This document shows, piece after piece, positions 25,997-35,042 of a stretch of 35,042 nt of DNA. The notes beneath the pieces were generated by a model that searched no databases, had not been told where the DNA came from, and saw nothing but the letters and a program-made list of their open reading frames with translations. Origin of the DNA: an uncultured Candidatus Saccharibacteria bacterium (GTDB taxonomy: Bacteria; Patescibacteriota; Dojkabacteria; B142; OLB20); contig CAZZFI010000002.1 in assembly GCA_964653475.1 (NCBI GenBank), forward strand, positions 1 through 35,042. The letters run 5' to 3'. A program made the position numbers and the translations under genes. Numbering within the stretch: the first letter of the stretch is position 1; each line of letters opens with the position of its first letter.

Positions 25997-26365
25997 ATGT
26001 CAGAAGTTTATTATAGAAAGGTAGCCGGGGAAGGAAACAACAATCCTGTTGTCTTCGAATCGTTACCACTCGCAGATCTCGAGCCAGGTGACCTCATAGT
26101 GATCGAATGGCTTAAGATGGGTCGCGCTTTAGATGCTGATGGTGAACTGGTAGGGGATTTACAATTTTTCGGGCCAGGAATATATAGGGTATGCAATAAG
26201 TATTTAATACTAGATGATGGGGTATATATACTAGTTGAAGGTTGGGGACTAAATCAGATCATGAGAGAGGTGGATGATGGAAGAGAAGAGCTTTTGGATA
26301 GGTATTTCGTTAATGCGGACACTTCTATGAATAAAATCATTTACCTTGCTGAGTCGCATATGTAA
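25997..26365 (+). CDS. Hypothetical protein
   Basis: 122-aa ORF with an ATG start, lying between a divergent promoter region and typA. No family recognised. Confidence 0.5.
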   Translation: MSEVYYRKVAGEGNNNPVVFESLPLADLEPGDLIVIEWLKMGRALDADGELVGDLQFFGPGIYRVCNKYLILDDGVYILVEGWGLNQIMREVDDGREELLDRYFVNADTSMNKIIYLAESHM

Positions 26366-26390
26366 GAAACTACCAATACCTTATCTTACC

Positions 26391-26399
26391 TGCTACAAT
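26391..26399 (+). promoter_or_regulatory. Putative extended -10 element (TGnTACAAT) upstream of typA
   Basis: tgctacaat lies 22 nt upstream of the ATG at 26421. Confidence 0.3.
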
Positions 26400-26420
26400 C
26401 ACTAAGCACAAATTTTCATT

Positions 26421-28304
26421 ATGAACCAAGGAAAGATCAGAAATATAGCGATTATCGCTCATGTAGACCATGGGAAGACCACTCTTGTCGATGCTTTTCT
26501 CAAACAATCTCATGTATTCCGAGATAACCAGGAGGAAATGAATCAGAGTATGATCCTAGATACTGGCGATCTAGAAAGAGAAAAAGGGATCACCATCAAA
26601 GCCAAAAATATCTCTGTTGAGTACAATGGCTACCATATAAATATTATTGATACGCCTGGTCATGCTGATTTTGGAGGAGAAGTCGAGAGAACACTAAACA
26701 TGGCTGATGGATGTCTAATAATTGTGGATGCACAGGAAGGGCCTATGCCTCAAACCAGATTCGTATTAAAAAAGGCTCTCGAGTTCAAGCTGAAGCCTAT
26801 CGTTGTGATTAACAAAATTGATAAATCTGCAGCAGATCCAGATAAGGCACTTTCAAAAGTTCAGGATTTATTTTTACAACTTGCTACAGAGGATGAACAG
26901 CTTGAATTTCCTGTCTTTTACGCTATCGCCAGAGACGGGAAAGTGTGGGAAAGCGTTCCTGAAGATATGGGATCACAAGCAGATATCCAAAACCTACTTG
27001 ATAAAATTATCGAATACATTCCAAGTCCTACAGGAAATACGGAAGAACCATTTCAGATGCAGATTACTTCTGTTGAGTACGATCCTCATGTAGGTAATTA
27101 TTTAATAGGAAAAATCAATCGTGGAAAGGTTTCGCTCGATAATGCTGTAGTTGTTGCCTTGCCATCAGAAGAAAAGCCTGAAACCATTGCCAAAGGGAGG
27201 ATTAAACAGATATTGATTAAAAAAGGTCTTAATTTCTCGTCAGTAGATAACGCCAGTGCGGGAGAAATCGTAGCTTTAGTAGGTATAGATTCAAGGGAAA
27301 TCGGTGCTACAGTTTGTGGTCCGGATAATATAGAAGCTTTGCCAGTTATCAAAATATCTGACCCGTCAGTAAGAATCAAAATTGAAGCTAATACCTCACC
27401 CTTCCTGGGAAAGGAAGGTGAATTCGTAACAGCAAAGCAACTTCAGCAACGTCTCGAAAAAGAAGCAGCCCAAAATATTTCTTTAAATATTGAGAAAACT
27501 GACCAAGGTTCTTTTTATGTCTCAGGGCGTGGAGATCTGCAGTTGTCGATTTTGCTTGAAGAGCTACGACGAGAAGGTTTCGAACTTCAAGTAAGACGCC
27601 CCGAAGTTATTTACAAAGAAGTTGACGGTATGAAAATGGAGCCGCTTGAAGAGCTTTTCATCGAAGTCCCGGAAGAATATGGAGGAACAATGTTAAACAT
27701 AGTAAGCGGGAGAAAAGGAGAGATGATTACTATGGAAACAGATCAAGGAAGAACTTACTTCAACTACAAAATCTTGACCTCAAACCTACTCGGACTACGA
27801 AATATCCTACTTACTGAGACCAAGGGAAACCTGATAATGCACAACTCACTTCTTGAGTACGTGGAAGCGTCACCAAAGACTGAGTTTTTCAGAAGAGCTG
27901 CATTGATATCTTCTCATACGGGAGTTGCTGCAGCCTACGCATTAAATACAATTCAAGAAAGAGGAGAGCTCTTTGTAGAGCCAGCGACTGAGGTTTATGA
28001 AGGGATGGTCATAGGAATAAACAAATACGAAGAAGATCTGGAGGTAAACCCTACAAAAGAAAGAGCAAAATCCGGTGTTAGAAGAAATCAAGCTGAGATT
28101 ACTCAGATTCAACTTAAAGCTGTCAAACAACTCACTTTGGAGTTTGCACTGTTTTTCTTGGCTAAAGATGAAATTCTTGAGGTGACACCAAAAAATTTAA
28201 GACTAAGAAAACAATACTTAACAAAGACAGAGCGTATCTGGTCAAAAAGAAAAAAACTCTCCGAAGTGGCTAAGCAAAGTATAAACTCTTCAAATATCCC
28301 CTGA
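26421..28304 (+). CDS. typA: Translational GTPase TypA/BipA
   Basis: IRNIAIIAHVDHGKTTLVD, DTPGHADFGGEVER and NKID G-motifs, with the EF-G-like domain order and a 627-aa length typical of BipA. Confidence 0.93.
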   Translation: MNQGKIRNIAIIAHVDHGKTTLVDAFLKQSHVFRDNQEEMNQSMILDTGDLEREKGITIKAKNISVEYNGYHINIIDTPGHADFGGEVERTLNMADGCLIIVDAQEGPMPQTRFVLKKALEFKLKPIVVINKIDKSAADPDKALSKVQDLFLQLATEDEQLEFPVFYAIARDGKVWESVPEDMGSQADIQNLLDKIIEYIPSPTGNTEEPFQMQITSVEYDPHVGNYLIGKINRGKVSLDNAVVVALPSEEKPETIAKGRIKQILIKKGLNFSSVDNASAGEIVALVGIDSREIGATVCGPDNIEALPVIKISDPSVRIKIEANTSPFLGKEGEFVTAKQLQQRLEKEAAQNISLNIEKTDQGSFYVSGRGDLQLSILLEELRREGFELQVRRPEVIYKEVDGMKMEPLEELFIEVPEEYGGTMLNIVSGRKGEMITMETDQGRTYFNYKILTSNLLGLRNILLTETKGNLIMHNSLLEYVEASPKTEFFRRAALISSHTGVAAAYALNTIQERGELFVEPATEVYEGMVIGINKYEEDLEVNPTKERAKSGVRRNQAEITQIQLKAVKQLTLEFALFFLAKDEILEVTPKNLRLRKQYLTKTERIWSKRKKLSEVAKQSINSSNIP

Positions 28305-28343
28305 CCTGTTGATAATTTGTTGGAGGTCTGATAGTATACATCC

Positions 28344-29499
<1,156 letters not shown>

Positions 29500-29518
29500 T
29501 TATTAATCAAAACACACT

Positions 29519-29878
29519 ATGCAAGCACTAGGATTCAACGTACTCAGTTTTTTGATATACCTGGCTCTTTTTGCAGTCTTGTATTTCGTCCTTAATAAAT
29601 TTCTTGTTCCGCCACTACTTCGACACATCGCAGAAAGGAAAAAGATCCTTAAAGATAATGTAAAACTGAAAGAAGAGATTGAAGAAAGGAAAAAAGAACT
29701 GGAAGAAGAAGCAAAGAAAAAAGAACAAGAAGTTTTGAAAAGAGCCAAAGAACAAGCAGATGAGATAATTGCTCAGGCAAACAATGAAGCAAAAGAAATC
29801 ATCGCGACAGCAAAAGACAAATCAAGAACAATGCTTGATGAGGTAAAAGAACTTATCGCGAAAAAGACAAAAAACTGA
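29519..29878 (+). CDS. atpF: F0F1 ATP synthase subunit b, unusually short (119 aa)
   Basis: One N-terminal TM helix, then a charged K/E/A-rich coiled-coil region (..ERKKILKDNVKLKEEIEERKKELEEEAKKKEQEVLKRAKEQADEIIAQANNEAKEII..). It sits between atpE and atpA. Confidence 0.85.
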   Translation: MQALGFNVLSFLIYLALFAVLYFVLNKFLVPPLLRHIAERKKILKDNVKLKEEIEERKKELEEEAKKKEQEVLKRAKEQADEIIAQANNEAKEIIATAKDKSRTMLDEVKELIAKKTKN

Positions 29879-29901
29879 CGCATAATTTTTAAAGTTCACA
29901 C

Positions 29902-31352
29902 ATGGCAGACACAAAAGGAAAAGTCATCTCGGTAGACGAAGGGGTCGTAACCCTTTCTGGACTTGAATCAGTAGGTGCTGAGGAAATAATCCAAATTCAT
30001 ATCTCTGACATACTGTATGCAGAAGCCTTGGCTTTAAACTTAGAAGAGGATCAAGTTAAAGCAGTTGTGCTCAATCATCCAGATAAAATCAAACAAGGAC
30101 AAGAAGCAACAGCTTTGGGAGAACCCGCGTTAATGAAAGTTGATGAAAATTTGCTAGGAAGAGTAGTCAATGTTTTCGGAGAACCACTGGATAGTAGCAA
30201 AGACATCGAATACGGAAGCGAAGCAAAAATGATGCCAATGGAAAAGCGCGCAGAGGGAGTTATTGCAAGAAAAGATGTCGAACGACCTCTTTCTACTGGC
30301 ATTCTAGTTATCGATTCTCTTGTTCCTGTTGGAAGAGGACAAAGACAATTGATAATTGGAGACAGACAAACTGGAAAAACTGCAATTGCAGTGGATACTA
30401 TAATTAACCAAAAAGGACAGGATTGTTTCTGTGTATACGTGGCAATCGGACAAAAAGCATCATCAGTTGCAAATATTGTCAGAAAACTCAAGGAAAAAGG
30501 TGCAATGGACTATACTGTAGTAGTTTCTGCAACTGCAAATGATCCTGCATCACAGCAATATTTGGCACCTTATGCTGGAACTGCTGTCGCTGAGTATTTC
30601 GCACAAAAGGGAAAAGACACGCTTGTTGTTTTTGACGATCTTACCAAACACGCAAATGCATATCGACAGATGTCTCTTCTTCTAAAAAGACCATCTGGCC
30701 GTGAAGCTTATCCTGGAGACGTATTTTACCTCCACTCAAGACTTTTGGAGAGAGCTTTGCAGTATTCAGATGAACTCGGGGGTGGATCAATCACAGCATT
30801 GCCAATTATCGAAACACAAGCAAATGACTTGTCAGCATACATTCCTACAAACGTTATATCTATTACAGACGGACAAATTTATCTTGATCAAGACCTTTTC
30901 AACTCAGGTCAAAAACCTGCACTTTCAGTAGGTTTGTCGGTATCTAGGGTTGGAGGTGCTGCTCAGACAAAGACTATGAAAAGCGTTGCGGGTAAAGTCA
31001 AACTTGACCTTGCTCAGTTTAGAGAATTAGCAGTTTTTGCTCAACTCGGCTCAGAGCTTGATGAAGCAACCAAAAAGCAACTTATCCGAGGAGAACATAT
31101 TACTGAAGCAGTAAAACAAGCACAGTACCAACCACTTCGAGAGCCAGACCAAGTTGTCGTAATGTTTGCAGCAAGTCAGGGGCTTCTTGATGAGTTACCA
31201 TTGAAAGAGATTGGACCATGGAAAAAACAAGTTTTGGCAACTTTCAAAACAAAATACCCAGAAATATGGGATAGACTTAATACTGGAAAAGAAAAAGTAG
31301 AAGGCGAACTTGCTGAAGAACTGACAAAAATTATTAAAGAATACATAGAATA

Positions 31353-31353
<1 letters not shown>
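29902..31353 (+). CDS. atpA: F0F1 ATP synthase subunit alpha (N-terminally short)
   Basis: GRGQRQLIIGDRQTGKTAIAVDTIINQ (Walker A), VYVAIGQKASSV, VVFDDLTKHANAYRQMSLLLKRPSGREAYPGDVFYLHSRLLERA. An in-frame TAA at 29890-29892 rules out any N-terminal extension. Confidence 0.95.
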
Positions 31354-34010
<2,657 letters not shown>

Positions 34011-34238
34011 TAAAACCACAATTGCATTCGCCATATCTTGACTATGATAAAAGCCTGCATCTACTAAAAAAATGCTGTTATTTTTCATACCAGCCACGAA
34101 AAAAAAATTCTTCAGATGGCAATACAAACAAGGTTCATTAAGAAAAATGATATAAACTGCCATTCTTAATCCCGCCTCTTTTGTACACAATTTACCTTTT
34201 TTGCAAAAGTATGTAGAATATAAAAAATCGTCTACATA

Positions 34239-34759
34239 ATGCTCGCAAATCTACTGCTTATTGTTATAGTCTCTCTGAAATTCCTTTTACCATTCTTTCT
34301 TATTTGGTTCCCCTTCCTAGCCGGCTGGGCGAACTTCGTACTCGATACAGTTGACGGAGATATTTTGATCCCGCTCGGACTGGAGGATTACAACTACCAG
34401 ACGATCGACAAGCTTGCGGACTATGTGACATATATCTTTATGCTGATTGTCGGCTGGAAATGGGAGATAAACAAAGAGATCAAGATCACTTTCGCAATTC
34501 GTACTATTGGACAGATCTTGTTTTTCGTAACCCGAGATGAACTGATGTTTTTTTCTTCCCAAACCTTCTCGAACCGCTATTTTTGATTTACGCGACATTG
34601 CTTTTCTTCAAGAAAAAGCAAGCCTACAAAATTTACAAAAAGTACTTTAAACTAATTTGGGCGTTCATCTTGCTGTACAAGTTCCAGGATGAACTGATCA
34701 CCCACGTGGTGAATGTAGATAGGTCAACGCTTATAAAACAACTGTTCGGAAAAAGCTAA
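34239..34759 (+). pseudogene. Multi-pass membrane protein interrupted by a frameshift at a T7 run (or an assembly/slippage artefact)
   Basis: The 115-aa ORF (34239-34586) leaves its hydrophobic pattern right after ttttttt (34548-34554). The frame entered at 34553 continues coherently as FFPNLLEPLFLIYATLLFFKKKQAYKIYKKYFKLIWAFILLYKFQDELITHVVNVDRSTLIKQLFGKS* and ends at 34759. One extra T would restore a 173-aa protein. Confidence 0.55.
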
Positions 34760-34872
34760 ATCTCCCTTGCGCACTGTTCCCCATGATGTTAAAATCTGAA
34801 CCGCACATTTTTTTGTGCTACTTTTCTCTGTAAAGTGGTATCCCTAGTGCGTTTAGATATTATCTGTATGTT

Positions 34873-35042
34873 ATGCATAAAGTAAAAGCGTGTGTTGTCG
34901 GTTGTATTGATTTTCGATTTCGTGATTATGAGGATGATTTTTTCAAACACCAGGAATGGGGTAATAGTTACGACCTGATTACAGTGGCGGGTGGTAGTAG
35001 AGATTTTGTTTCACCGGTGGAAGAGATTGACGGGAAGTATGT
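34873..35042 (+). CDS. Hypothetical protein, 5' partial (runs off the window)
   Basis: ATG at 34873, open to the window end: MHKVKACVVGCIDFRFRDYEDDFFKHQEWGNSYDLITVAGGSRDFVSPVEEIDGKY... No confident family assignment. Confidence 0.45.
   Translation, partial: MHKVKACVVGCIDFRFRDYEDDFFKHQEWGNSYDLITVAGGSRDFVSPVEEIDGKY

Overview
This is a low-GC (roughly 35-40% by eye) bacterial window using the standard genetic code: TGA, TAA and TAG all end conserved genes at the expected length. It has three parts. (1) 1-8.6 kb holds small accessory enzymes: a P-loop kinase, two SDRs, a NUDIX hydrolase, hydrolases, several DUF proteins, an msrA without a canonical start codon, and a decayed decarboxylase. (2) 8.6-17.1 kb is a cell-envelope glycan locus with two GT-C glycosyltransferases, a surface-tethered DPBB-fold protein and a 1097-aa GH18-like/CE4 deacetylase/processive GT2 fusion. 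A SAM methyltransferase and a clear heliorhodopsin gene (19082-19849) follow, and then a decayed island-like stretch (kinase pseudogene, serine-recombinase remnant with a 41-bp tandem duplication, two NUDIX genes, an orphan HExxH protein) that ends at tRNA-His. (3) 24-34 kb is a housekeeping block: a DUF1801 protein, a DEAD-box helicase, typA/bipA and an F-type ATP synthase operon, atpB-E-F-A-G-D-C. The two most interesting observations are the heliorhodopsin, which has all key residues but no retinal-synthesis genes in view, and the ATP synthase operon. That operon has no delta (atpH) gene, a b subunit of only 119 aa, an alpha subunit missing its N-terminal delta-binding segment, and an a subunit with a ~58-aa acidic, Cys-containing loop insertion. 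Gene decay is frequent (at least 5 pseudogenes or frameshifts). The gene content resembles a small-genome monoderm or Patescibacteria-like organism, but that is inference only. No CRISPR array, rRNA or intact mobile element was seen.
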